Made by a program: the position numbers and the translations under genes. 64,000 nt of DNA, taken from the IMG/VR virus record IMGVR_UViG_3300034082_001419, positions 1 through 64,000 of that record. One strand, 5' to 3'. The number at the start of each line of letters is the position of its first letter. Within the stretch, counting starts at the first letter, position 1. Under the pieces are notes generated by a model. It worked only from the letters and a program-made list of their open reading frames with translations. It made no database searches and was not told the origin of the DNA. This document shows, piece after piece, positions 37,293 to 47,640 of this stretch. This DNA is from a virus.

Positions 37293-40234
37293 TATCTATT
37301 ACTATTAAAGATTTCATTATTAGAATTAGTAGTTGTTTGCCAATATAAAGGAGCTTCTGCTCTTATATTTTCAAGATCTTGTCCTGTAGATACTTGATCA
37401 CTAACTGTTTTTAAAATATATTTATTCTTTTGTGGATCCCATTGTTTAAAGTTTATTTCATATCTATATCCACCCAAAATATTATCTTTTTCAAATTTAA
37501 TATTATTCATATGACTATCATCAGTTGGATCATTAAGTACAACTGGTTCTTTGCTGTAATTAACATGTGCTTGAAATGGAGTAGTTTTTGTTGCTTCATA
37601 TATACTATTATTCCATTTATTTTCATCAGCCGTCATTGATATACCATTTTCAGCAATGTATCTAGCCAACTTTGGACTTATAGTGCCAGCACCTCTTTTA
37701 TAAGTTTTACCTTCACCTGATTCAGTATATGTATGTTTCTTCAACCATTCAGAATCTGGATAAATAATCATTGCTCCTTTACCAGCTTTATTTTGTGCTA
37801 GTGGTTGTGCAGCAAGTCTGAATCCTCTAAATTTTCCACCTGGTTCAGATGTCTCTTTAAACATTTCTTGTAATAATGCTTTACCTTCTTTGTTTCTTTT
37901 TGCACCTGATATTGTAGGACCAACAAATGATACATCAACATCAGCATCAAAATCAAGATTATTTATATCTCTTTTAAAACCTTCATATCCAAATGAACCA
38001 ACTGAAGTTCTATCATCTGGATAAACAGTAAGCCCATGTTCACCTATAGTAGTTAAACCTGCATCTTTAGCTTGACCAACTGCTGTTAATTGTGGTGGTA
38101 AAGAAGTAAATTTTACACCAGTAGATCCATATGCTTTATGTATTGCTGTTTTAAGTTCATCATACAAATCAGGTACATTTTTTTTAACTGTTTGAGGTCT
38201 AGTATCTTGAATATCATATACATTTAATATAGCTGGTTTATTTGAAGCAATTAAATCATGAATATTTGTTAAGCCTGTTACTGTTCTACCTATCTTTTTT
38301 GCAAATTCAGCTTTACTTAATAATGAACCCTTATCATCATACATTTTTTCAACATAATTTTTTAAATCTTTGTCAATTGTTTTTTTAACATGATCTACAA
38401 CAGCTTTTTGAGATCCTCTTCTCCAATCATGTAAATCAGATACGTATGTATAATAATCATTTAATTCATTATTATACCTGCTCATTTGTTGACCAACTGC
38501 ATCAAATCCTTTTACGCCTTTATCATAATTCTGCTTAATAATTTGTTGAAAACCATTTGTAATTTGTTTTAACTTAGAAGAACCTAATGTTTTTGTAATA
38601 AGTTTATATGGATCAGATTGTAATTGTTCATTTAATTTATCTGCAGTCATGCCTGAATTACGGAATATAGTTTTTAAGTCATCATTAGATAATTTACCTT
38701 GTTTTTGTAAATCTCTAATAGATGTAAGCATATTTGTAACATATGGTACTACTTTATCAGTAACTTGAGTACTTGTATATTTAGCTGATTGCTCACTTAA
38801 ATTTACAATATCAGCTGATGCACCTTTACCTTTAAATCTTGTAGTAAGTAAGTTAGCTTCATCTTTTTGTACTGCTTGACCATAATAAGGGCTGTTTGGA
38901 TCATTATCTCTTTCCCAACCACCTGTTGCAATTCTTTCTTTATCAATTTCTGTTTGACGTGCAATGTTTGCTGCTCTTTCTCTACCAGCATTGGCAGAAG
39001 CAACTTCTTGCATTCTATATTGATGAGCCATTGCTTGTACAGCAAATGGATTAGCATTTATATCTTGTTTAGCATTACTATATGCAAATACATTTGCGGC
39101 TTCACCTAAATCTTTTTGCATTAATCTAGATGCCATACCAGCATCAACTTTATATCTTAATGATTCAATATCACCATAAGGATTTTCAAATCCTGTACTT
39201 GTTGATAATGTACCAGATTTTTCAGATAATGATTTTACTGTATTATCAGTATTTGTTAATACTGCATTATTTATTTCTTTTGCTTGTTTTAGTCTTGATA
39301 AGTAATCATTAGAACCTGGTGTTGAATTATTATCTTCTATAGCTTTTTCAACATCACTAGCTTTTTTATTATAAACTTTATTGTTTTGTTCAAGTTTTAC
39401 TAATCTTGCTTCATTTTCAGCTTTAAGCATTTTATAACTCTCAGTAAGATAACTCATTTCAGCAGCATTATTATCTCCACCAAATTGAGCAGCATTTGAA
39501 TATGCATAATCTTTTCTATTTACATATGCTTGAGTTTTATAAACATCCATTACTGCAGGATCAGATCCAAGTGTTGCTTCAAATAAATGAGATAGTTTTG
39601 GTATTAATTGCTCACCATTTTTAGTCTTAACAATCCATTTACCGTCAGGACTAAAATCAACAGTTTCAACAGATAATCCAGCATCTTTAGCAATCTTTTG
39701 AGCTTTTTCCATTACATTTACATAAGGAGTATAGCTAACATTTTGCATATTCATTGTTTGCTCAAGTGAAGAGTTTTTAAATTCTTCAGTCATGTAATCA
39801 ATTGCTTTTACACCATCAGCCCAGTATTGTGATCTTTGTTTTTCATCTCTGTTATTTTTCAAACCCATCCCGTATTCTCTTTGACTATTTTTATTTTTAG
39901 TCCAAGCCATATCTTTCATAAGATGTTTATCTTCATAGAATGGTTTAAATACCTGTTGAGCTTGAGTAACATTTTGTTCAAGTGATAAATCTAAACCGGA
40001 AACACGTTTAAGATTAAAATCAATAGATTTAATTAATTCATCTTTTTTCTTAAGATTATCACCATGTGTTAAGTCAGCATAAAAATATTGACCATATACA
40101 TTGCTTAATGCTTTATAGTTTGTATCATATTGATTTTGTTTAGTCTGCAAAGCATTTGCATAAAAGTTTAAATCAGGTTGAAATGGTTGAAACTGAGGTA
40201 TATAATCGGTCACGCCCTGGATGTAAGTCGCCAT
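37292..40234 (-). CDS. Putative virion/cargo protein
   Basis: 980 aa, between tail genes and RNAP. Role inferred from position. Confidence 0.5.
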   Translation of the reverse strand: MATYIQGVTDYIPQFQPFQPDLNFYANALQTKQNQYDTNYKALSNVYGQYFYADLTHGDNLKKKDELIKSIDFNLKRVSGLDLSLEQNVTQAQQVFKPFYEDKHLMKDMAWTKNKNSQREYGMGLKNNRDEKQRSQYWADGVKAIDYMTEEFKNSSLEQTMNMQNVSYTPYVNVMEKAQKIAKDAGLSVETVDFSPDGKWIVKTKNGEQLIPKLSHLFEATLGSDPAVMDVYKTQAYVNRKDYAYSNAAQFGGDNNAAEMSYLTESYKMLKAENEARLVKLEQNNKVYNKKASDVEKAIEDNNSTPGSNDYLSRLKQAKEINNAVLTNTDNTVKSLSEKSGTLSTSTGFENPYGDIESLRYKVDAGMASRLMQKDLGEAANVFAYSNAKQDINANPFAVQAMAHQYRMQEVASANAGRERAANIARQTEIDKERIATGGWERDNDPNSPYYGQAVQKDEANLLTTRFKGKGASADIVNLSEQSAKYTSTQVTDKVVPYVTNMLTSIRDLQKQGKLSNDDLKTIFRNSGMTADKLNEQLQSDPYKLITKTLGSSKLKQITNGFQQIIKQNYDKGVKGFDAVGQQMSRYNNELNDYYTYVSDLHDWRRGSQKAVVDHVKKTIDKDLKNYVEKMYDDKGSLLSKAEFAKKIGRTVTGLTNIHDLIASNKPAILNVYDIQDTRPQTVKKNVPDLYDELKTAIHKAYGSTGVKFTSLPPQLTAVGQAKDAGLTTIGEHGLTVYPDDRTSVGSFGYEGFKRDINNLDFDADVDVSFVGPTISGAKRNKEGKALLQEMFKETSEPGGKFRGFRLAAQPLAQNKAGKGAMIIYPDSEWLKKHTYTESGEGKTYKRGAGTISPKLARYIAENGISMTADENKWNNSIYEATKTTPFQAHVNYSKEPVVLNDPTDDSHMNNIKFEKDNILGGYRYEINFKQWDPQKNKYILKTVSDQVSTGQDLENIRAEAPLYWQTTTNSNNEIFNSNR

Positions 40235-40299
40235 AATATTAATGTTTGTCTATACTGTAAATATATTAAAATTTTATAAGTTTACTAAACTTAAAAAGT

Positions 40300-42951
40300 T
40301 TAGGTAAACTGGAAAGGGAATACATTTGAACCCATTACATAAGCCATTTGAACTGCTCCACCTTTTTTACTTTTTTTCCCAACACCACCATACATATCGG
40401 GCATACCAGTACTTCCTGAACTACCTTGTTGCTGCATATAATTATCAATCATTTTAGCTTGTACTCTTTCTGGTAAACCACTTGCATTAACTTTATTTGC
40501 ATATGTTAATAGATCTTCATTATATGTTGGAGGAATACCCTCTTTACCTTTAGTAAAATGCATTCTACCACCACTTCTTGGATCTACTGCATACTGAGGA
40601 TACATTTGATTCATTGCATCTGTTTGCATCATATTAGTAACTCCAGTATTGTATGCTTGACCAAGATTATGTCTTAATGCACGTTTAGTATTTTTAAACT
40701 GTTGATTAGCAATTACATTTTGATCATATAACTGTTTATTCTGTGCTTGATTAAATCTTTGTGCTTCATTCATTATTTGAGCATTATTACCTTCAAACTG
40801 ATTAGCAACACCAACATTTTGATTATTGTATCTTGAAAGTGTATCAGCTGCTTGTTTTGCACCTTGTCCTTGGATAGATGCTGATCTAGCAGATAATGCT
40901 TGTGGTCCTGTAAACTGAGCTAATGCTTGATTAGCAATATTAGCTTGTTCAGATTGTTGAGCTAATTCTCTTGTAGGATCATAAAATGTAGGAGTCATTA
41001 ACTCAGGTTCATATCTTGCTGCCCATGGTAAAGCTTTTTGTACATCAAAATAATCAGTAGCAGCAAGTCCCATATTTACTTTATCTTGTAACCACCATTC
41101 AGGATTTCTTTGATAAGGAGCTTCAGGTATTTCTTCTTGACCTGCTGCTGGTTGTTCAACAGGTCTACCTTCAACATCAGTTTCTACAAATTCACTTTCT
41201 GCAGGTTTATTATAACTTGATAATTGTTCTCCAGTAGTATTTGTATATGCTCTATCAATTGGAGATATTCTAGCATTTGCTTGCTTTATTTCATCAGCAA
41301 CTCCAGTTTCATAACCTTTCCAATTAGCTAATGCAGCTTGTTCTTCTTTTGTAAGCTTTTCTTTATTAGTTAATGCATCTGTAAAACCTTGAAATGTTGC
41401 TTGTTCTAATGCAGTATTATCTAATGGAATACCAACTTTATTAAATGCTTTATTTAAATCAGTTATATCACTTGATTTATACTTGTCATACATTTGTTTT
41501 GCTTCAGTAAGTTTTATTGGTTCACCATTATCATTTAATACTTTTTTAGCAACCATTTGTTCAGGAGTTAATAATTTACCTGTTGGAGCATCTTCAAAGT
41601 ATCTTGCTTTTATACCGTAAGCTTGTAATGCCATATTTCTTTTTTGATGTTTAGCAAATGCATCTCTTATTTCCTCATCTTTAAAATCTTTTTTACTAAA
41701 GTCTTCATAAGTTTTACTTGTTTTACCAGATTTACCTTTGTATTTAGATACATCTTTAATTGCTGCTCTTGTATAATTACCAAGTACTTTTGTAAACTCA
41801 GGCGTATTGATAGATTTATTCATATCTCTAAACTGAGAAGCAATTTCTTGAGAATCATTCCATGTAGATTTTAAATCTTCTCCTGTATATGGATCAACAG
41901 CTTTAGTTTTTTGAGTCAATTTTTTATATTTACCATCTGGCATTACAATATAAACTGGTTTCTTACCTGCTTTAGCAAACTGTTCATTTCTTGCAGTAGA
42001 ATATTCTTCTTCAGTTTTATAATCTCCTCTGTTAATTACAACTGCACCTTCTGGAATATCATATTTTACTTCACCTTTACTTTGGTATCTAGTTAATGAA
42101 CCACCATTTCTATATAATTGATCTCCAGAAAAGTTTCTTGGTGAATTATAATCTCCAGTCATCATACCATATTGAGCCATTGGAGGCATTTCCATTGCTT
42201 CTTCTTGTGGATTCTGCATACCTGGACCTTGCTCCATCATTTCTTCTTCAGGAGATTGTTCACCCATACCTTGATTCTCATATGGATTATTCATTGCTTG
42301 ATTATTAATCTGAGCTTGTGGTTTAGCTTTTTGAGGTATCAAGTCTTCTTCTTTTATACCCATTTGTTGCATATATGGTTGAGCAACTTCTGGTATACCT
42401 TGTGGAAAACCTTTTTTACTTTCTTGAGCTAAAGCTAATGCACCTAGTTTAAGATTAATATTCTTAATCATTAACTCAGCAGTCTTTTTATCTACCTTAT
42501 CTGAGTTAGGATCTTCTAATATAGTTCTATACTTATTGATATCATATGGTTTTGCTAATTCAGCAGGAGTATATGAACCAGATTTTTTACCAAATTTTGT
42601 AAGTATCTCAGGATCACTAATCTTCATGGCAGCAGTATCACTGAAGATAAATGTACCGTCAGGCAAATTTAATGCAGTTCCACCTTTACTATGTCTCTTA
42701 CCTCCAATAAGCATATGCTCAGTAAATCCATCACCATTGATATCACCAAATGCAGATTCACCTTTTTCAGCTTCTAGATTTGCTTCATCTCTTGGAACTT
42801 CTTTTAAATATCTAGTATTTTCAAGATGTCTTGATGCAGCATTCATATCAGCTCCACCAAAACTTATTACTTGCTTATTTAAATTGTTACCTGTAAAACC
42901 TCCCGTTTTAGCTTGTGGTAATCCTTTAGTTATTTTTACTTTAAAGTACAT
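40300..42951 (-). CDS. Putative virion cargo protein
   Basis: 883 aa; ANLEAEKGE and GKRHSKGG motifs, Q/N-rich C-terminal region. Confidence 0.55.
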   Translation of the reverse strand: MYFKVKITKGLPQAKTGGFTGNNLNKQVISFGGADMNAASRHLENTRYLKEVPRDEANLEAEKGESAFGDINGDGFTEHMLIGGKRHSKGGTALNLPDGTFIFSDTAAMKISDPEILTKFGKKSGSYTPAELAKPYDINKYRTILEDPNSDKVDKKTAELMIKNINLKLGALALAQESKKGFPQGIPEVAQPYMQQMGIKEEDLIPQKAKPQAQINNQAMNNPYENQGMGEQSPEEEMMEQGPGMQNPQEEAMEMPPMAQYGMMTGDYNSPRNFSGDQLYRNGGSLTRYQSKGEVKYDIPEGAVVINRGDYKTEEEYSTARNEQFAKAGKKPVYIVMPDGKYKKLTQKTKAVDPYTGEDLKSTWNDSQEIASQFRDMNKSINTPEFTKVLGNYTRAAIKDVSKYKGKSGKTSKTYEDFSKKDFKDEEIRDAFAKHQKRNMALQAYGIKARYFEDAPTGKLLTPEQMVAKKVLNDNGEPIKLTEAKQMYDKYKSSDITDLNKAFNKVGIPLDNTALEQATFQGFTDALTNKEKLTKEEQAALANWKGYETGVADEIKQANARISPIDRAYTNTTGEQLSSYNKPAESEFVETDVEGRPVEQPAAGQEEIPEAPYQRNPEWWLQDKVNMGLAATDYFDVQKALPWAARYEPELMTPTFYDPTRELAQQSEQANIANQALAQFTGPQALSARSASIQGQGAKQAADTLSRYNNQNVGVANQFEGNNAQIMNEAQRFNQAQNKQLYDQNVIANQQFKNTKRALRHNLGQAYNTGVTNMMQTDAMNQMYPQYAVDPRSGGRMHFTKGKEGIPPTYNEDLLTYANKVNASGLPERVQAKMIDNYMQQQGSSGSTGMPDMYGGVGKKSKKGGAVQMAYVMGSNVFPFQFT

Positions 42952-42960
42952 AATACAAAA

Positions 42961-45402
42961 TTATAAATATTCTAATTCTCCTCCATTAGCAATGAAGTCA
43001 TCTATTTCTTCTTGAGTCATATATTGAACATCCTCATCTTCATCTGCAGTACTTCCACCAGTAGCATAAATACCACCACCATATTTAACAACTGCATTAG
43101 AACCCATTTGATCTGGTCTAAATAAACCAGAGTTAGGATCATAATTACCTTTCTTTTTTATATTGCTTACTCCATAATTAGCTTCGGCAGAAGTTGTATT
43201 AGCAAGTAATTGATTCTCTTGTTTTCTTGCATTAATTTTATCAGCAAAATCTAATCCTGCTTTTAATCCATAACCTAGAACTTGACCAGCATCAGATACA
43301 TTTTTACCTAAATTACTTCTATCTCTTTTAAGTAAGTAATCTTGAGAATATGCTGTATCATCAGTTTTGGTAGCTTCATCAACCAACCCATTATCAGCAT
43401 ATTCACCTTTATTATTCATTATTACACCAGGTTTTTCACCTGTTAATGGATTTTTATAACTTTCATCCATTGTTCCAGGAACTTTTATGTCTGCTGTACC
43501 TTCACCAATACTAAAATTTGGATTTCTTTTTTTAATTACTTTACCAGTAAAGTCAACTGTATCACCTTTGTAATCTTTTTTAGTACCTAATGGATTAGCA
43601 TTTGGATCAAATACATTAGTTTGAGCACCCATTTGAGCTCTGTACAGTTCTGGTACGGCAATGTCACCTCCATATGCATATTGAGTATAATTAATTGGGC
43701 CACCGTATTCTTTATAAGCAGGTCCTTGACGTTTAATTAAAAAATCTTGATATGTATTATCAGCATCTGATGCATTTGAATTATTACCTATTAATGCTTC
43801 AATTTTTTTTGCTGCATTTATTTGATTTTGATTTTCTGGAGTATTAATTAATTCAGGTTTAGTATTTGAATCTGGTATATCTTCATTATTAAATGGTTTA
43901 TATGCAGGCATTTTTTGTTGTATTCTTTTAACTTCTTCTGGATCATTAAATTTATCAACATTATTATTACCTAAAAATCTATTTAATTTAGCATCATCTC
44001 TTGATTCTCTTCTTTGTGCTCTTGCATTCATTGGAGGATAATACGGCATATCACTAGTAGGTGCTGTAGCAGAACTTGTAGGTTGTGAATCAGCAGGTAT
44101 TTCAGGTATCATTCCTGATCTAGTCATATTTGCTCCCCATTGTTTAATACCTGGTATACCTGATCTCATCATCCAATCAGCAACTGGTTGTCTTTTACCT
44201 GTAATATTATCTGGTCCTGCATATTCCCCTGGTACAGGTGGTGTTTTTACTCCTATTGTATTTGTTTTTTCTTCACCTAGTGTTGTTTTACCTGTTGGAG
44301 CTACTGATGGAGTACCGTTATAGTTTACAGTATATGCTTTTGGTCTACCAAATATCCCTCTCTTAGTTACATTAACACTTGTTACTTGTCTACCTGCAAG
44401 ATTAGGAGCTACTGCTCTTTGACCTGTAGCCGTATAATATGGTGAGTTAACTGCTTGAGCATATTGTCTACCTGATCTGCGGGGCATTCTAAAACCACCA
44501 TTTTGATATTGTTCCTGATTAAAATCTATATCAGAATCTTGATACATTTCATCAGCAGATTCATTATCTCCTCCACCTATGAATTTATATAAACCAGCAT
44601 CAGTATCTGTAAAACCACCAAATTGTCTTTCTGGAGCATCATTTTGAATATTCTGATCTTGTGAAAAAATATGTCTTGTATCTTCACCGTATAGTCCTAA
44701 ATGATGATAAGGGTTTTCAAAATCTATTTGTTCTTGTTGTATACCACCTTCTTGAAATGCTCCTACCTGTGGTGCACCATAAGCAGAATTATATTCATCT
44801 TCAGCTTCTTGTTTCATTGCAGCTTCCTGAGCTGTATTTCTAACTGCACCTAAGAATCCTTTTACATGTGATTCTCTACCATTAAGTACATCATCAGCAC
44901 CTGGAGAAGGTGTATCACCACCTTGAGCCATTTTAGCAAACTTAGTATACTGTTTAATAAAACTTCTTTTACTTAAGTTAGTACCACCTTGTCTCATATA
45001 TGTAGCTTCATCTTCTGGAGTATCTTCAGTATCTTCAGGATTTACTTCAACATTATACATTGCTGCTTGTTGTTGCTGTCTTGCTTGTTCTTCAGCAGCT
45101 TGTTGTTCTTCAAGTAAAGCTTGCTCTTCATCTGAATTAGCTTGTTCTTGTTCTGCAGCAACTTGAGTTTCTTCATCTAATTGAGAAGCATCTTCTAAAC
45201 CTAAGTTGTCACTTACATATGAAATATAATCATCAGCTATACTATCTTCAATACCTGCTTGTGAAAGTTCTGCTTTAAGTGAATCCGTATCACCATCAAA
45301 GTCATCAGCTGACATTCTTTGTGATATATAATCAACAATCTGTTCCTGAGTAGGTTGGTTAGTTTGACCACCTGGTTTATATACTCTTACTCTCTTTTTC
45401 AT
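42961..45402 (-). CDS. Putative virion cargo protein, low complexity, repeated xxGG motifs
   Basis: 813 aa with about a dozen [YFM]xxGG-like motifs. Confidence 0.55.
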   Translation of the reverse strand: MKKRVRVYKPGGQTNQPTQEQIVDYISQRMSADDFDGDTDSLKAELSQAGIEDSIADDYISYVSDNLGLEDASQLDEETQVAAEQEQANSDEEQALLEEQQAAEEQARQQQQAAMYNVEVNPEDTEDTPEDEATYMRQGGTNLSKRSFIKQYTKFAKMAQGGDTPSPGADDVLNGRESHVKGFLGAVRNTAQEAAMKQEAEDEYNSAYGAPQVGAFQEGGIQQEQIDFENPYHHLGLYGEDTRHIFSQDQNIQNDAPERQFGGFTDTDAGLYKFIGGGDNESADEMYQDSDIDFNQEQYQNGGFRMPRRSGRQYAQAVNSPYYTATGQRAVAPNLAGRQVTSVNVTKRGIFGRPKAYTVNYNGTPSVAPTGKTTLGEEKTNTIGVKTPPVPGEYAGPDNITGKRQPVADWMMRSGIPGIKQWGANMTRSGMIPEIPADSQPTSSATAPTSDMPYYPPMNARAQRRESRDDAKLNRFLGNNNVDKFNDPEEVKRIQQKMPAYKPFNNEDIPDSNTKPELINTPENQNQINAAKKIEALIGNNSNASDADNTYQDFLIKRQGPAYKEYGGPINYTQYAYGGDIAVPELYRAQMGAQTNVFDPNANPLGTKKDYKGDTVDFTGKVIKKRNPNFSIGEGTADIKVPGTMDESYKNPLTGEKPGVIMNNKGEYADNGLVDEATKTDDTAYSQDYLLKRDRSNLGKNVSDAGQVLGYGLKAGLDFADKINARKQENQLLANTTSAEANYGVSNIKKKGNYDPNSGLFRPDQMGSNAVVKYGGGIYATGGSTADEDEDVQYMTQEEIDDFIANGGELEYL

Positions 45403-45462
45403 ATAATATGTAATATATATTAAATATAATAATTTTTGGTTTACTCAATAAACATTAAAAGT

Positions 45463-47640
45463 TTAATCAAGTTCTTCAACAGTATAACCAGCTTTTCTTA
45501 ATAATTCAATTGTATGATCATCTAACTCATCTTCCCAGGCTTCAGTTATACCACCTTGTTCATATGCTTTTTTACCAAAATTAAAGTTTCCTGATTTTAA
45601 TCTCTGTAACTCATTAAATTGTCTTTCAGTTACTAAACCATTTTGATTTTTAACTGATCCAATCAAGTCTTTATAAAACTTTTTATTTGTAGGTGAAAGA
45701 GCTTTACTATCAAATGTACCTAAAAGTTGAGTATAATAGTCAGGATTTTTTATTTCATATTTTGACATATTCATACTTCCTAGACCTGCTTGTACAGGAG
45801 CATTTGTTGTAGATTGGGTAGGAATTTTTTTATATCCCTGTAACCAATGTTGTTTATAAATATTAACATTAGGATCATTAAATAAAACAGGTTTATTGCC
45901 TGGTGTTGTAATTTCATAGCCAAAATTTTCCATTGGAGATACACCATGAGTATCAAAATTTGGCATATTATGAGAATTAGTTACTTCAACCATGTGTGGA
46001 CCTTCAAATTTATTCCAGTTCCATACCCTATTATTTTTTTCACCAGCAAATGATGTCTTATCAATTACTTCTTGAGGAAACTTATATTTTCTAGCATCAA
46101 ATGGAACACCTTGACTATAATATGTTTCTTCAAATGCTTTATTGCTAAAACTTGGATCATATATATCTACTTGATTACTTCTAAATACACCTGATTTTTT
46201 TGCATCTTCTAAACCTTTTTTACCTAACATTCTATATGCTGATTCAGGATTTGGTTTAAATGCGTATGGATTTATTTTATATGCATTAGACAATAAACCT
46301 GTTTCTGTTCCTAATGTTTTACCTAAATACCTAACACCTGGTTTTATTCCTAATCTAACTGCATCATCAAGTAATCCTGAACCTGGTGCAAATCTTAATG
46401 CTTCTAACGCTGCATCACCATATTTACCTCTGTAAGCATTTCTTACAACTTTATCACCTGCATCTAAAAGATTTAATGAACTATTTATTGTATTACCAAC
46501 AAGATTTCTACCTTGAACTACACCTGGATCAATACCAGCCATACGCATCTCATTAATATTATGAGGCATGTTTTCCGCACCTCCACCTGATATTGCATAT
46601 TCTGCTGCAGTCATTGGATTAGTAACATATTCCCATGCTCTATTTGAATTACTTTGTTCAGGTGTTGCTTGCATCATATCAGGACCAGGTCTATCTTGTT
46701 GACCTACCCCTGCAAATGACCATTGTTGATTAGCAACATTTTCTAAATCTGCATTAGTAACTGGTATACCTTTTTCTTTACCAAAATCTTTTAGTTTTTG
46801 TTGTTCAGTAATAATTTTATCTTGTGTTTTTTCATATTTAGATTTATCAGTAACTTTAAAATTTTTATCAAAAGCTTGTTGTGCTTGTTTTTGTTTTGCA
46901 GTAAGTTGAACTTTTTTCTTTTCAACTGGTGTAGAACTCCAACCTGTATTAGATTGAGCATCTTGATCTCTTATATCTCTATTAAATGTTTTTACTGTTT
47001 TACCAGTTTGTGCTTTAACTAGTTCATGTTGTACATAGCCTCCTATTTCATATTCAGGTTCTTCATCTACTTCATAACCTGCTTCTTTATATGCTTGTAT
47101 CTCTTCATCAGTAAGATCCATATATTCATCTTCATTTTCCCCACCGTCTTCTTTAGTAGGTAGATTAAAACCATAGTTTAATTCATAGTGACTTAATGGA
47201 TTTGGATTAAGATTAATTAGGCCTAGTTTAGAACCACCTGATTTAAACTTTGAGTTAGGGTCAAATATCTTACTCTTTTTATTTTTAAACAATTTATTCT
47301 TAGTGAATAGTTTATTAGTAGCAGATATATTACTAGAGTACTTCTTGCTTTGAAGAGTACCACCTTTTCTTACCATTGGTGTTTCATCTACATAATCTGC
47401 ATCAGGAAAATTATAATCTTGACCAGGTTGCATCATAGAACCAGGACCAACATTAGGTTGAGCCCATACAGGATAATTAACTCCTTCCATAGTTATATCA
47501 TTACCAGGTATTCTAGTCTTTTGTCCTGGATATTTCCACTGACCTGCAGGATCAGTTATTATGTCTCTTGGTTTACCCGGTGCTTTTGCTTTACCTAATT
47601 CTGATACAGCTTTAGATAATACTTTTTTATTAAATCCCAT
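45463..47640 (-). CDS. Putative virion cargo protein with a possible enzymatic insert
   Basis: 725 aa; xxGG motifs; YRMLG...SG...YYS segment. Confidence 0.5.
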   Translation of the reverse strand: MGFNKKVLSKAVSELGKAKAPGKPRDIITDPAGQWKYPGQKTRIPGNDITMEGVNYPVWAQPNVGPGSMMQPGQDYNFPDADYVDETPMVRKGGTLQSKKYSSNISATNKLFTKNKLFKNKKSKIFDPNSKFKSGGSKLGLINLNPNPLSHYELNYGFNLPTKEDGGENEDEYMDLTDEEIQAYKEAGYEVDEEPEYEIGGYVQHELVKAQTGKTVKTFNRDIRDQDAQSNTGWSSTPVEKKKVQLTAKQKQAQQAFDKNFKVTDKSKYEKTQDKIITEQQKLKDFGKEKGIPVTNADLENVANQQWSFAGVGQQDRPGPDMMQATPEQSNSNRAWEYVTNPMTAAEYAISGGGAENMPHNINEMRMAGIDPGVVQGRNLVGNTINSSLNLLDAGDKVVRNAYRGKYGDAALEALRFAPGSGLLDDAVRLGIKPGVRYLGKTLGTETGLLSNAYKINPYAFKPNPESAYRMLGKKGLEDAKKSGVFRSNQVDIYDPSFSNKAFEETYYSQGVPFDARKYKFPQEVIDKTSFAGEKNNRVWNWNKFEGPHMVEVTNSHNMPNFDTHGVSPMENFGYEITTPGNKPVLFNDPNVNIYKQHWLQGYKKIPTQSTTNAPVQAGLGSMNMSKYEIKNPDYYTQLLGTFDSKALSPTNKKFYKDLIGSVKNQNGLVTERQFNELQRLKSGNFNFGKKAYEQGGITEAWEDELDDHTIELLRKAGYTVEELD

